Shown here: piece after piece, positions 13,568 to 26,600 of the stretch
Layout of the letters: every line of letters starts with the position of its first letter
Position numbering within the stretch: the stretch's first letter is position 1
Source of the DNA: the human T2T-CHM13v2.0 reference genome, Homo sapiens
Strand: one strand, 5' to 3'
DNA: 64,000 nt
Assembly (NCBI RefSeq): GCF_009914755.1
Contig: NC_060927.1
Notes under the pieces: generated by a model
Told to the model about the DNA's origin: nothing
Databases searched by the model: none
Seen by the model: the letters and a program-made list of their open reading frames with translations, nothing else
Made by a program: the position numbers and the translations under genes

Positions 13568-14794
13568 TAGGGCTAGGTTTTCATAAAATTCTGCCATCTA
13601 TGAAGGTTATATTGCCCAAGAACTGAACCAAGTGAATATTATCTTGAAACCTAGCACTGTATTATGTTTAGTGAGCGCAATAGAACTCTCTTGCAGAAAG
13701 CCTACAAAATTGAAAGCTGAAAACTGTGACTGTTGGAAATAAAAAGCACAAAGATAAAAAAGAAAATAGAAAACAAAACAAAACAAAACAAAACTTGAGC
13801 CTCTTTCCTGAAACCCCCAGTGGTAAAAAAAAAAAAAAAAAAAAAAATGAAGAAGAAAAATGGGATGTGAAGCGCCTATGATCCATTTTTTTTCAAATCT
13901 AAAATACATGTCAAGTAAACATTTTACAAAATCAGTTATTCTTCTCAGATGACACCAATACACTGGAACAAAATACTTTGTTAGGTTTGGATCTGATCCC
14001 CTGGGGTGTACAGACTGCCTTCTGTCCTTAAATGAGATGTCTGCCTTCCATTACTGCTATATTGAAATAACTAGTGAAAAGAACATGAATGCCTGAAGTG
14101 CAGAAGTCGCTTCATTTATTCATGCATTCATTCACTCATGTATCTAACATATTTCTTTTGAATGTCATATTTCTTTTGATGCATCCACAGTCTGCAGCAG
14201 ACTGTAGATGCAGGAGTAGACAAAACAGTGTTTTTGACTTAATGGTGCTTACTTTGTAGTAGGAGCCAAGAGACAATAATTAAATAAGCACATAAAGTAT
14301 TTTAAGAGAGTGAGAAATACATTAATTGAATATTTAAGGAGAGTGATAGTGCGACAAAGGAAAAACCTTGATTCCCTTCTCTCAAATCCCATATTCCATC
14401 TATTAGCAAAACCTGTTAGCCCTGCCTTCAAAATATATTCAGAACCTGACTCATTCTAAACTGTGATCATAAACATCCTGGTCTAAGTCAGCATCCTCTT
14501 TCTCCAGTGTTGACACAGCAGCCTCCTAACTGTTTTCTTGGCTTCAATCCTCATCTTCCCTATGATCTATTTTCGTGCAACCACAGTAATACTTCTAACA
14601 CTGAATCAGATCATGCTACTCAGTCCAATGCCTTCTGATCTCAGAGTAAACGCCAAAGTCCCAGCAATGTCTTCAAGGCCCTTCACTGGCTGCCATCCCT
14701 CCACCTCTGCGACCTGTCATAGCCCACGCTGCTCTAAAATTCTGGCATCCTTGTAATTATTTAAGCACAGCAGCCATGCTCCTGCCTTAGGCTC

Positions 14795-15431
14795 TGTGGT
14801 GGGCAGAATTCCAAAATTGTCCCCCAAGGTTCCTGGCCCCTGATGTACACACACCAACTGTCAGCTATTTAATCGAACATGAATTTAGATACAGCTGTGA
14901 AGGGATTTTTTGTGTGTAACTAAAGTCTCAAATTTGTTAACTTTTAAAACAGGGAGATTATCCTGGGGGAGAGGAGAGAAGGGAACTTACCTGATTGCAT
15001 GAGACTTTAAATCTGGGTTTAGTGGTCAGGAGCAGAGAAAGTCAGACTCAAAGCACAAGGGGATTTGATGTTTAAGGATTTCTCTGTTGCTAGCTTAAAG
15101 ATAAAGGGGGCCGCATGGCAGTGAACGCAAGTGACTGTTAGTAGGTGAGAGCAGCCCCCGACTGACAGCCATCAAGGAAATGGCTCTGATCACCACAAGG
15201 AACTGAATTCTGTCATCAACCTGAGTGGGATTGGAAGACGATCCTGAGCCCGAGATGATGTAGCAGCCCAGCCAACACCTTGATTTCAGCCATGTGAGAC
15301 CCTGGGCAGGGAACCCCGTGGCACTGTGCCTAGACTTCTAATCTGTAAGGAACCATGAAATGCTACATGTGTGTTGTTTTAAGCCGCTATGTTTGGAGTA
15401 ATTTGTTATGCAGAACTACAAAACTAATAGA
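14795..15431 (+). mobile_element. MLT1D/E-like solo LTR
   Basis: Starts TGTGGTGGGCAGAATT, ends GTAATTTGTTATGCAG..AAACTAATAGA; 5-bp TSD GGCTC/AGCTC. Confidence 0.85.
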
Positions 15432-15569
15432 AGCTCTTTGCATTTGCCATTCCTCTTTCCTAGAATGTTTTCCTCAGTTATTCTTCAGAGACCTCTCTGG
15501 CTTTCTCCCTCACTTCCTGCAGGTTTCTGATTAATTACCATCTTGTTATGAGGCCTTTCATAACACAAA

Positions 15570-16290
15570 GTGGACTGACACTCATATATTGGGTAATTTG
15601 AGGATTTGAATAAAGTGACTGTAAAAGTGTAGTTGTTACCAAGCCATCAGTGGTCTTGCTGCCCAATGCGCATAGCGGCCAATATCATGGTAGTAGCTTT
15701 TGAGAAAAGAAAAGCTTTATTGTGAATTGACTGGCAAGGAGACAGTCAAACACCCTAATCTGTCTTTCCAGTCTGAGGTCTGGGGCTGGTTTTACAGGCA
15801 GAGGGTAACAAGGTATAATCTGATTGGAATCTTCCCATGGGGTGACACCAGGGCTCAATCTAATTGGATCATGGATTATGCCATGTGGTGTCCTCTTAAT
15901 TTGGTCCCCGTTCCTTGGTCTGAGCACTTAGGTTCCATGTGGTTGCACACTTGGTTCATGCTCAGTTGTGTAACTTGCAACCTAGGGTCCGTGTCAACTG
16001 AAAAACAACTCACAACTTTTATCACACTAAGTTGAACCAGGTTGAGCTGGTTTTATGGTTACATAGGCAGGTTATAGAGAAAACAGAGTAGTACCCTGGC
16101 GTTAATGGGAGGGGATCAAGGGGAAAAAAGGTGATGGGAATTTGGGACATGGCTGTGTAGCGAGAACTATCCAGCAGGAGCTGGGACCTTCCGTACAGAC
16201 GTACAGCCGGGGGGAGAAAGCCATGAAAGTATCACTCCTCGACGGCTCTCCTCCATGCCTATTGTCCAACACTCTCGCTGGAAAATAAGT
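15570..16290 (-). mobile_element. LTR33-like old ERVL LTR, split by LTR47
   Basis: ATTGGGTAATTTGAGG..AATAAAG.GACT..AAAGTGTAG | GCAGG..TAGAGAAA..GTACCCTGG resembles the LTR33 reverse strand. Confidence 0.55.
15634..16063 (-). mobile_element. LTR47-like solo LTR
   Basis: TG...CA termini (TGTTACC / GGTTACA); minus strand reads TGTAACC..AACCAGCTCAACCTGGTTCAAC..AAAGTTGTGAGTTGTTTTTCAGTTG with AATAAAGCTTTTCTTTTCTC polyA signal. Confidence 0.8.
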
Positions 16291-16675
16291 GTTATGAGGG
16301 CAAATATTTGACCACGTGTGTTCCCTGTTTTATCCCCGGGGCCTAGAACAGTGCTTGAATATAGTGTTCAACCTTCTTCAAGTGAATGCATGAGAAGGTA
16401 GAGAGATATTATCATAGACTGGGTAACAGAGATTTCTCTAACACTTGAGCTAAGATATAACTGATGAGAAGGAGGTGGCCAAGAGCAGAAAAAGGATATG
16501 AAATTCTGGATGGAGGAAATAGAAAACACCCAGGCCCTAAGGAGGAAATGAGTTTCTATGTTTGAGGAACAGTGTAGACACGCAGCTGCATTGAGGTTGA
16601 GTGTTGGAAATAATGCTTGATGTGAAAGAGGTAGGCAGAGACTAACTCATAGAGTGTCTGGTAGGACATGGTAAG

Positions 16676-17061
16676 TGATAGGGTTTGGATTTGTGTCCCT
16701 GCCAAAACTGGTGGTGAATTATAATCCCCCGTGTTGAAGGTGGGGACTGGTAGGAGGTGACTGAACCATGGGGGTGGATCCCTCATACTTTGGTGCTGTC
16801 CTCATGGTAGTGAGTTCTTTGCAAGATCTGGTTGTGGTAAAGTGTGACACTCCCTCCCCCAACCTCTTCCTTCTGCTTTCACCATATAATGTGCCTTCTA
16901 TCCCTTCACAGTCTAGCATGATTAAAAGTCCCCTGATGCCTCCCCAGAAGCCAAACAGACTCTGATGCCATGCCTGTACAGCCTGTGGAACTCTCAGCCA
17001 ACTAAACTTCTTTTCTTTATAAATTACCTTCTACATAGCAACACGAGAATAGACTAGTATA
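16676..17061 (+). mobile_element. MSTA/B solo LTR
   Basis: TGATAGGGTTTGGATTTGTGTCCC...TTTCTTTATAAATTAC...AGACTAGTATA; TSD GTAAG/GCAAG. Confidence 0.88.
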
Positions 17062-17539
17062 GCAAGGAATTTGCATTTAATTTTAAATACCAGAAAAAGA
17101 TGTTGTGGGGTTTTAGGCTGAGAAGAGAAGAGACACTGTGTATTTTACATTGTTAATGTCCAGAGAAAAAATCCAAATATAAGGTAATAACTGAATAGCT
17201 GTGTTTGTGAGTCAAATCTTTGCCTCTCGGTTCTAATACATCTGTTTCTAGGTATAGAATCTTAATGAACTCTCCCAGTTTTTATTTCCCCATTGCCTTT
17301 GGTGTTTTTCTATCCTCCATACCTGACAGGAGACTTTATGTGGGATGCACTCTGCAGCTCTTTGATTAGAATCTTCCAATTTTAATTCTCAAAAATCCCT
17401 CAAGTGTTGTCTTGGGTACTGTACAAAGATGGCAGAGTTGTATTCTATTTTATCTTCAGGGTCTAGAAGAATATCTGGGCATAGTAAGTGCTCAGTACTT
17501 AATACCTTTTAGAAAATTTTATTAGCCCTTGTTTGTCTA

Positions 17540-17760
17540 ACTCAGTAAGAATAAAATACCCATGATCGGGCAGTTTGTGATCAAATCCCAGCATAGGATC
17601 TTCCTAGCAATACAACATTGAACATGCCTTCAGTTTCTCTCCGTTTTAGTTTGTAATCTGCAAAATGGCATGGATAATATTATTTTGGCAGTAATTAATA
17701 CATTAAATGAGGTAATATCTACAAAATCCTAGCACATCGTTAATGATTAATAAATGAGGC
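17540..17760 (+). mobile_element. MIR fragment
   Basis: TCAAATCCCAGC...CTGCAAAATGG...ATTAAATGAGGTAAT core. Confidence 0.6.
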
Positions 17761-17880
17761 ATTATTCTTCACTATTATTAGATATTGCAGGTGGAACGCA
17801 GTGAGTTGAAGGAAATAAGATTTTGTACTTCTTCTCTCACCTACTCAGTCCTATCCCCAGAAAAGGGAGCTAGCATTGGC

Positions 17881-18614
<734 letters not shown>

Positions 18615-19989
18615 GAAAATGCTTCTTATGTCTAGGAGTGGTGAGCACCAGTGCCCATTCCCACAGTGCTACTTCAGAGGAGCTGCACAGGCCTGGGGAG
18701 CCTGGGGGCCTAAAGTGTGAGAGGTGTGGCTTTGATAACTTTACTGAAATGGCCCTGGGAGCAATAGTAAGCATAAAGGACTAGTCTGTCTGCAGTGCTC
18801 TGTACTGAACAATTTACATAGTGATATTGACCATGATTGAACAGGCTCTCCACCTATTTTCCAAACACCACATAGTGTCCCTGGAAGCTTATACAACCTA
18901 AAAAGATCACCTAAAACTGATACCTTACAACATGAGTCAAATTGGTTTCTTATCACCCTGGTTAGAGAACTCTCCAAGTGAGATTGAATTTAATGTAGAA
19001 AAATAATGTGGTGGAGTAAAATTAAATGCTAAACTATTTCAACAGTGATGATGTAGATGGTAATTAGTAAATATTCAAAGGAGCGAATCTGCATTCCCCA
19101 TTTTTCTGTGCACCATTTCCAACTTTAAGCCAAATAATTCGTATTGTAGACCGATGACATTCGTTGTCTCAGAATGAAAGATTTCTGAAGAAAAGAAGAG
19201 CTAATGGAAGGGTATGGAGGCTTTTTCGCCCCCCGCCAACTCTTTTTATCATAGGATCATCGAGACAGAAGGGATCTCAGAAGGCGTTTTAATCCCCTAC
19301 TACTTGTCTCTGAGAATGGCTGAGAGCATTATTTCTTCCTGCCACTTTCCTCTGGGATTATTCGGCTTACTGAAATCTGCTATTTACTTTATAGGTTTAT
19401 ACAATAAAAAGTATTTAGATGAGCTGAAGTGCCGCTCCTTAAAAATGTATGTAATTCCAGTTGGCTTTTTAAATGGCTATCTTTGAAATGCAGAAATGCA
19501 TAATAAAATCAGCAATGTTTCAGTGAGTGGAAATATTGAATGTTCCTTTGTTACACTGGGTATCTCTGAACAACTGGAATGCATTCGCAATGCTTGCTGG
19601 TCTCCTGAGAGACATGCATCAAAAGAGTGCTCTTGTTGGTGGGCTGGTTTGATGACATAGAGGCATTCTTATGTTTGAAGCATCTCAGTAGTTTTATAAA
19701 TTTAAAAAAAAATATGATTTCTCTTTTAGTGATGAAGCACTCATTGTATTCTGATGAATTCTGATTCTTTGATTCAATGAGTTCTGATCTAGTTTACAAA
19801 GTTTTTAAGACTAGATTACTGAAGACAAACTTCTCAGCTCCTGGATTATGTAGGACAAGGATTACTGCTCTGCAGATTCAGCAAGTTGCTGTTCTGAGGA
19901 AGTACGCACAGTGGAAAAACCATAGGCAGTGGGGTTGAATTGCCCGGGCTTAGAACACAGCTCCACTGCGTTCTATCTGTGTAAACTTG

Positions 19990-20463
19990 TATTCTTCTGA
20001 AAGCTCACGCAGAGACAGGGACTTGGGTGTGAGTACTTAACCTGGGAAGTGATTCCAAGAAGGTACTTAACCTGAGAAGTGATTCCAAGATGAAGAAAAA
20101 GGAAAAAAGCCAATGACTGGTTAGTGCTGTGGACAACCAGGACTCAATCCAACCAGGCGTCTCTGAGATTCCCTATAAAATGTGCTTTGGAATAGCCACA
20201 TGGAGGGATGGGGAAGCTGGGCTGGGTATTCACCCATACCTGTTTCTCAAGAACTGAGGGTTCTTCCTGGGGTGTTAAATTCCAGGTACTGCCCAACTGT
20301 CCTGCCCAGGAGCTGCAAAAGCTCTCAGAAAACTCCCAGACAGAGAATCAGAGAAAGGCTGACACTTATTGAGGAGGTGGGGCAGGGGGACTCTCAGTGC
20401 AAATAGGGGACTTCAGAGGTGGGTTGGGGGATGTGAGAGGTGAATAAACAGTGTCTCCTACAG
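19990..20463 (-). mobile_element. LTR16-like old ERVL LTR
   Basis: GAGACAGGGACTTGGGTG..GGGAAGTGATTCCAAGAAG..GGAAGCTGGG resembles LTR16; contains a 30-bp-period duplication. Confidence 0.55.
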
Positions 20464-21114
20464 TCTTTGCACGCATAATCAAAGGATTTTATAAGAATGA
20501 GTCAATTTGGGAGCAAAATCATACTTAGCATAGTCTACCAACTTGTATACAACACCTATGGAGAATACAATACGATGTTTGCCAGGTAAAGCGTTCTGTC
20601 TAGCCTTCAGTACCTTCCCATTAACTTGTATGGTGAGGGAGTAAAACTCAGAAGTATGGCATCACTGTTTTCTCATACGACATGCCCTGAGATGTGTGCT
20701 TTGGGCTTCAGGGGCTCCTGAATGGTTCTAGAAGATTCTGAATGTATTTTTAGCAGGTGACTGGTATTGTAAAGCAGCAGCTTGGCATCTTCCTGTTTTT
20801 ACTCTGCATAGATCAGAGTTGTCCTGCTCCGTGACTGTGATCTCTATGTGTTGCATCGATGGGATGCTGTTTTGAAGTCTCCGAGGTAGGGAGACGCTCT
20901 TAGGATCAAAGGAGAATTGAAAATAATCTCTCCTTCTATGAGGCTTTGGAAAGTTGTGTATGACACCATTAGCCATGCTCCATGCAGCCTTGGTTAAGAA
21001 GCATCTTGGGGCTGCTACCAAGTATTTCATGCCCAATATAATCTAGGCTGTATCTGTAGGTAAGTAAAGTATTATTAACCCCATTTTCCAAATGAGGCAA
21101 CTGAGGTCCAAAAC

Positions 21115-21290
21115 ACTGACCCATGCGTCAGAATCACCTACTGGGCTCATTAAAACAAATGACTGGGCCCCACCCTAAGAGTTTCTGAGTGCTGATTCTT
21201 GATCTAGAGTGGCACCTGAGAATTTGCATCTCTAACAAGTTCTTAGGTAATGTGCAGCTGGTCTAGGGACCACACTTTGAGAGCTGCTGA
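21115..21290. mobile_element. MER5A (hAT-Charlie)
   Basis: CAGAATCACCT...GGGCCCCACCC..AGAGTTTCTGA...GAGAATTTGCATCTCTAACAAGTTC...GGGACCACACTTTGAGA. Confidence 0.8.
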
Positions 21291-22059
21291 AATATTTTAT
21301 ATATATGTGTGTGTATGTGTGTGTGTAGTGTATCTCAGTTAATGTTTGTCTTTGCAGCTGGATGATCTAAGCACTAGAGACCATGTCTGTCTTATTCACT
21401 GGTCATTCTGTAGCTCAGGTACTGGCCCATAGTGCCAAGGTATTTGTTGAAAGAGAGGATGTGTGAATAAAATTCCGGGTGAAGCTTAACTATTGCCTGT
21501 GAACAGACGATGTGTTCCTGCCTGGAATGTCTATTTCTAAGGTGCATTTTTTGAGCTCTTCTTTTCCAGACTCTAGTCTTCTCCTCACCATTGATACCTA
21601 TTTTTAAAATCCTACTGAGTCAATTCCTATTCCAGGTGGCTGTTGACTTGCTGGTCTCCGATTAGACATATTTTCTAAGCAAGCTGAGCTCAGGGGTCCC
21701 TTATGCTTTCTCATGACTGACTTGCTTTACTTCAGCTCCACTATCTGTAGTCCATGGTCGATATGTTATCTCTTGTCTCTATTTAACCTCTGGCTCTTAA
21801 GGAGCATAAAAGATTGATTTAGAAAACCACAGCCAGTCTGGGTCTCATCATTAGAAACTTCTCTGAATGAAGCAGGAAAGAAGCCAGTAGTTTTCTAGTC
21901 CCCTTGAGGGGATGGTATTATTAAAACAAAAACAATCTTTGCCTTTTATTTCTTTCTTCATAATTGTCAGTGCCCTTAAGTTGACTTCTAACACAAATGC
22001 TGTGTTGAAGAAAAATCTAAATGATAGTAAGATACTTCTCCTTAGAGTATTTTATGAGG

Positions 22060-22242
22060 AAGCCATGGTTTTCCTGAAATCTTGGCTTCAGAAGATGTAC
22101 ATGGAATCATCCATGGGGATTTACAATGCAGATTCCTGGGTTCCAACCCAGTTGTATTGAATTGGAAGCAAACTCTCTGTGGAGAAGGCCCAGGAATCAG
22201 CACCCCTGGGGACTGCTGTGACCAATATGTGAGAACAACTGC
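22060..22242. mobile_element. MER5-family fragment
   Basis: GGAATCATCCATGGGG..AATGCAGATTCCTGGG..GGCCCAGGAATC..TGAGAACAACTG. Confidence 0.6.
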
Positions 22243-22249
22243 AATAGAC

Positions 22250-24825
22250 CATGGGCTGGCAGACCTTTTCTGTAAAAGGCCAGATAGTAAATATTTTCAG
22301 CTTTGCTGGTAAATATTTTCAGCTTTGCTGGGCACATGGTCTCTCCTATGAGTACTCAACTCTGCCACTGCAGCACAAAAACAAACATAGCAGTATGTAA
22401 ATGTGTACTAGCCCATTTACATGCTGCTGATAAATACATACCCGAGGACTGGGCAATTTACAAAACAAAGAGCTTTATTGGAATCACAGTTCTATGTAGC
22501 TGGGGAGGCCTCACAATCATGGTGGAAGGTAAAAGGCACATCTCACAAGACCACAGACAAGAGAATAGAGCTTGTTCAGGGAAACTCCCATATTTAAAAC
22601 CGTCAGACCTCATGAAACCCATTCATTATCAGAACAGCACAGGAAAGATCCACTCCATGATTCAATCATCTCCCACCAGGTCCCTCCCACAACGCATGGG
22701 AATTATGGGAGATACAAGATGAGATTTGGGTGGGGACACAGAGCCAAACCATATCATTCTGGCCCTGGTCCCTCTCAAATCTCATATCTTCATGTTCAAA
22801 AACCAATCATGCCTTGTCAACAGTCCCCCAAAGTCTTAATTCATTTCGTCATTAACTCAAAAGTCCACAGTCCAAAGCCTCATCTGAAACAGGGCAAGTT
22901 CCTTCTGCCTATGAGCCTGTAAAATCAAAAGCATGTTAGTTACTTTCTAGATACGATGGGGTACAGGCATTGGTAAATACAGCTATTCCAAATGGGAGAA
23001 ATTGGCCAAAACAAAGTTTCTAAAGGCTCCATGCAAGTCCAAAATCTAGCTAGGCAGTCAAATCTTAAAGCCCCAAAATGATCTTCTTTGACTCCATGTC
23101 TCACATCCAGGTCATGCTGATGCAAGAGGTGGGTTCTCATGGACTTGGGCAGCTCTGCCCCTGTGGTTTTGCAGGGTATATCCCCCCTCCTGGCTGCTTT
23201 CACAGGCTGGTGTTGAGTGTCTGTGGCCTTTCCAGGCACACAGTGCAAGCTGTAGGTGGATCTACCATTCTGGGATCAGGAAGACGTTGACCCTCTTCTC
23301 ACAGTTCCACTAGGCGGTGCACCAGTAGGGATTCTGTGTCGGGGCTCTGACCCCACATTTCCCTTCCACACTGCCTTAGCAGGAGTTCTCTGTGAGAGCC
23401 CCACCCCTACAGCAAACCTCTGCTGGACATCCAGGCATTTCCATACATCCTCTGAAAACTAGGCATATGTTCCCAAACCTCAGTCCTTTACTTCTGTGCA
23501 CACGCAGGCTCAACACCATGTGGAAGCCGCCAAGGCTTGGGGCTTGCACCCTCTGAAGCCACATCCTGAGCTGTACCTTGGCCCCTTTTAGTCGTGGCTG
23601 GAGCAGCTGGTAAGCAGGACACCAAGTCCCTAGACTTCACACAGCAGGGGGACTCTGAGCCAGCCCACAGAACCATTTTTTCTTCCTGTGCTTCTGTGCC
23701 TGTGATGGGAGGGGCTGTTGTGAAGACCTCTGACATGCGCTGGAGACATTTTCTCCATTGTCTTGGGGATTAACATTCAGCTCCTCATTACTTCTGCAAA
23801 TTTCTGCAGCTGGTTTGAATTTTCTATCACATTTTCAGGTGGCAAACTTTCTATACTTTTATGCTCTGTTTCTCTTTTAAAACTGAATGCCTTTAACAGC
23901 ACCCAAGTCACCTCTTGAATGCTTTGACATTTTTTTCCCCCAGATACCCTAAATCATCTCTCTCAAGTTCACATTTCCACAGATCTCGGTCAGGGGCAAA
24001 ATGCCACCAGTCTCTTTGCTAAAACATAACAAGAGTCATCTTTGCTCTAGTTCCCAACAAGTTCCTCATCTCCATCTGAGACCACCTCAGCCTGGATTTC
24101 ATTGTCTATATTATTATCAGTATTTTGGTCAAAGCCACTCAACAAGTCTCTAGGGAGTTCCAAACTTTCCCACATATTCCTGTCTTCTTCTGAGCCCTCC
24201 AAGCCTGTTACCTAGTTCCAAAATCACTTCCACATTTTCAGGTATCTTTTCATTAATGCCCCACTCTACTGGTGCCAATTTACTGTATTAGTTCATTTTC
24301 AGGTTGCTGATAAAGACATACCTGAGACTGGGCAATTTACAAAAGAAAGAAGTCTATTGGGGTTCACAGTTCTGTGTGGCTGGGGAGGCCTCACAATCAT
24401 AGCAGAAGGTGAAAGGCATGTCTCACATGGCCACAGACAAGAGAATAGAGCTTGTGCAGGGAAACTCCTGTTTTTAAAACCATCAGATCTCATAAGACAC
24501 ATTCACTATCAGAAGAACAGCATGGGAAGACCTGCCCCTATGATTCAATCATCTCCCACCAGGTCCCTCCCATAACATGTAGGAATTATGTAGAGATTCG
24601 GGTGGGGACACAGAGCCAAACCATACCAAAATAAATCAGTGTAGCTGTGTTCTAATAAAAATTTTATTTATGGACACTGACATTTGAATTTCATATAATG
24701 TTCCTGTGTCATGAGACACAGTAAAAAATCCTTTAATTATTTTTTAACCACTTAAAAATATGAAAACCCTTCTTAATACACAGGACTTACTTTGGCCCAC
24801 AGACCGTAGTCTGTTACCCACTCTC
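22250..24825. mobile_element. MER58 (hAT-Charlie) split by THE1
   Basis: Left half TTTTCTGTAAAAGGCCAGATAGTAAATATTTT..ACTCAACTCTGCCACTG (22250-22403); right half GCTGTGTTCTAATAAAA..TTTGGCCCACAGACCGTAGT (24629-24825). Confidence 0.8.
22404..24628 (-). mobile_element. Full-length THE1 (THE1A/B-like) MaLR element: LTR-internal-LTR
   Basis: LTRs at 22404-22756 and 24284-24628 flank about 1.5 kb of THE1-int; TSD AAATG/AAATA; both LTRs share CCACAGACAAGAGAATAGAGCTT. Confidence 0.95.
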
Positions 24826-26206
24826 CTGGACTGTCTAGATGGTTGTAAGGAGAGAGTAGTATGCAGAGTTGCAAGTACTCTGCTGATGTTGATGTTCAAT
24901 ATTTGAGCAGAGTGTCTCAGACTTTATATGCTCTATTTTCCTTCTTGGAATTCTGGAAAGCCTGTGAGGTGACAAAATGTTAGAGAGAAATGGAGAAAAT
25001 AAGCAATTTGGCAGTCTCTCAGACAAGGTTTGGAAATCAAACTGTTAATGCAGTCTTCAAGGCCTCATAATGCTTTTGATATTTTTCATCAACATTACAG
25101 GCAGTGCTGTTTTCATAAGACTCAGTTATGGGTTTGGAATTCGCTGTCCTAATAGGGCTTATGGTAATAACCTCAACCTTGGCTCCAGAAATGGCTTGCA
25201 CCTGAAGTCTGTTTCCTGGGCCACATGATTAAGTGTTATATTGGATGTAAGAATCCAGTCAGAGCCAATGACATCGTCTTATACAGGAGATGCTAGGGAA
25301 AAGAGAGGCAGGACCTCTGTGCTGATGGATTTGAACCTCAGTGAATACATAGCTGAAACTTCTGCAGCTATCTGGGTGCTATCATTTTTGCAAGTGTCTT
25401 TGAGAACGGAGTCAACCCGACTCATTGGGGGACCAGACATCAGACAGAAAGGACCTACCAGGCATGACTGAAAGCTTCCTTGCAGTAATTCAGCTTTCTA
25501 GACTTCCCATGACAAAATCAATACATTCTCTGTTTGACTGAGATAGAACTAGTGAGATTTTCTGCCATTTGCAATCTATAGAGTCTTATTTATATAACCT
25601 TCTTCTGATTCAAACATTCTACAATTCTCTTTCTTTGGAATCAACTATGCAAATGACTGGTCCATAAAATCAGCTGCTCCCTGCAGCGCTGACTTGTTCT
25701 CAAGTGACTAGAATTTAAGAAATGTAACAGTAACAATTGCATTGAGAGAAGGGATGTCAATTTTCCTATTATATTGCCAGTTCATTATTCCTATCCAAAT
25801 GGCATAAGGCTGATAAAATAGACACAACTCTCATTTCCAATAAGTGCAAAAATTGGATGCCATACAATTAAAATTTATAGAGATGTATTCCTAAGGTCTT
25901 AATTATCTCAGAGTGATATTTGGGGATGGGGAGGGGAACGGCAGTTTTTCATTTATTTAAGTCATTTTGTCCTATATTATATGCAAAATCCTGTTTTCTA
26001 AATATCTGAGCTGAATGTTATCTCCACACATCTGTAAGCTTAGAAAAGAAGCCCCATCTGTAATTACCATTTACAACTTTAAGGATGCTTTATGAGCACC
26101 GATGTCTTTGAAAACCAAGAAGACCTGTGAAAAACAAAAGGTTCAACCAAACCATTCAGCTTTGCAAGTACCATTGAATTACCCCATAAGTCCCTTAGTT
26201 TCAGGC

Positions 26207-26600
26207 CACATTAGTGCATTTTATTCTGCTGTAACAGAATACTACAGACTGGGTACTTTATAAACAGTAGAAATTTATTTCTCACAGTTCTGGAGGCTGG
26301 GAAGTCCAAGATCAAGGCATTGACAGGTTCACCTTGTGGTGAGTGTCCAACTACTGCTGGTAAAAAGTGCCTTGAATGCTGCATACTTTGGAGGTAAGGA
26401 ACTCTGTATCATCACATGGCAGAAGGTGAAAGGGTGAAAAGAAGTAAACTTTGTCTGTCAAGCCCTTTAATGAGAGCACCTTAAACCCATTCATGAGGGA
26501 GGAGCTATCAGGGCCTAATCACCTTTTAAAGGCCACATCTCTTATGACTATCATATTATCAACATCTGAATTTTGGAGGTGGCACATTCAGACCATAGCA
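26207..26600 (-). mobile_element. MSTC/D-like solo LTR
   Basis: AACAGAATACTACAGACTGGGT..CTCACAGTTCTGGAGGCTGGGAAGTCCAAGATCAAGG..ACATTCAGACCATAGCA; perfect TSD CAGGC at 26202-26206 and 26601-26605. Confidence 0.9.

Larger units (their letters stand above)
14360..16392 (+). mobile_element. L2 3' region split by three LTR insertions
   Basis: L2-like AAAACCTGTTAGCCCTGCCTTCAAAATATATTCAGAA at about 14407; resumes 15437-15560; L2 3' end GGGCCTAGAACAGTGCTTG at about 16340. Confidence 0.7.

Noticed and set aside
18650-19880. Repeat-poor stretch as a conserved enhancer or exon (likewise about 2560-4440, 28570-29700, 40450-41690)
   Set aside because: No recognisable coding or RNA signature; conservation cannot be judged without alignments.
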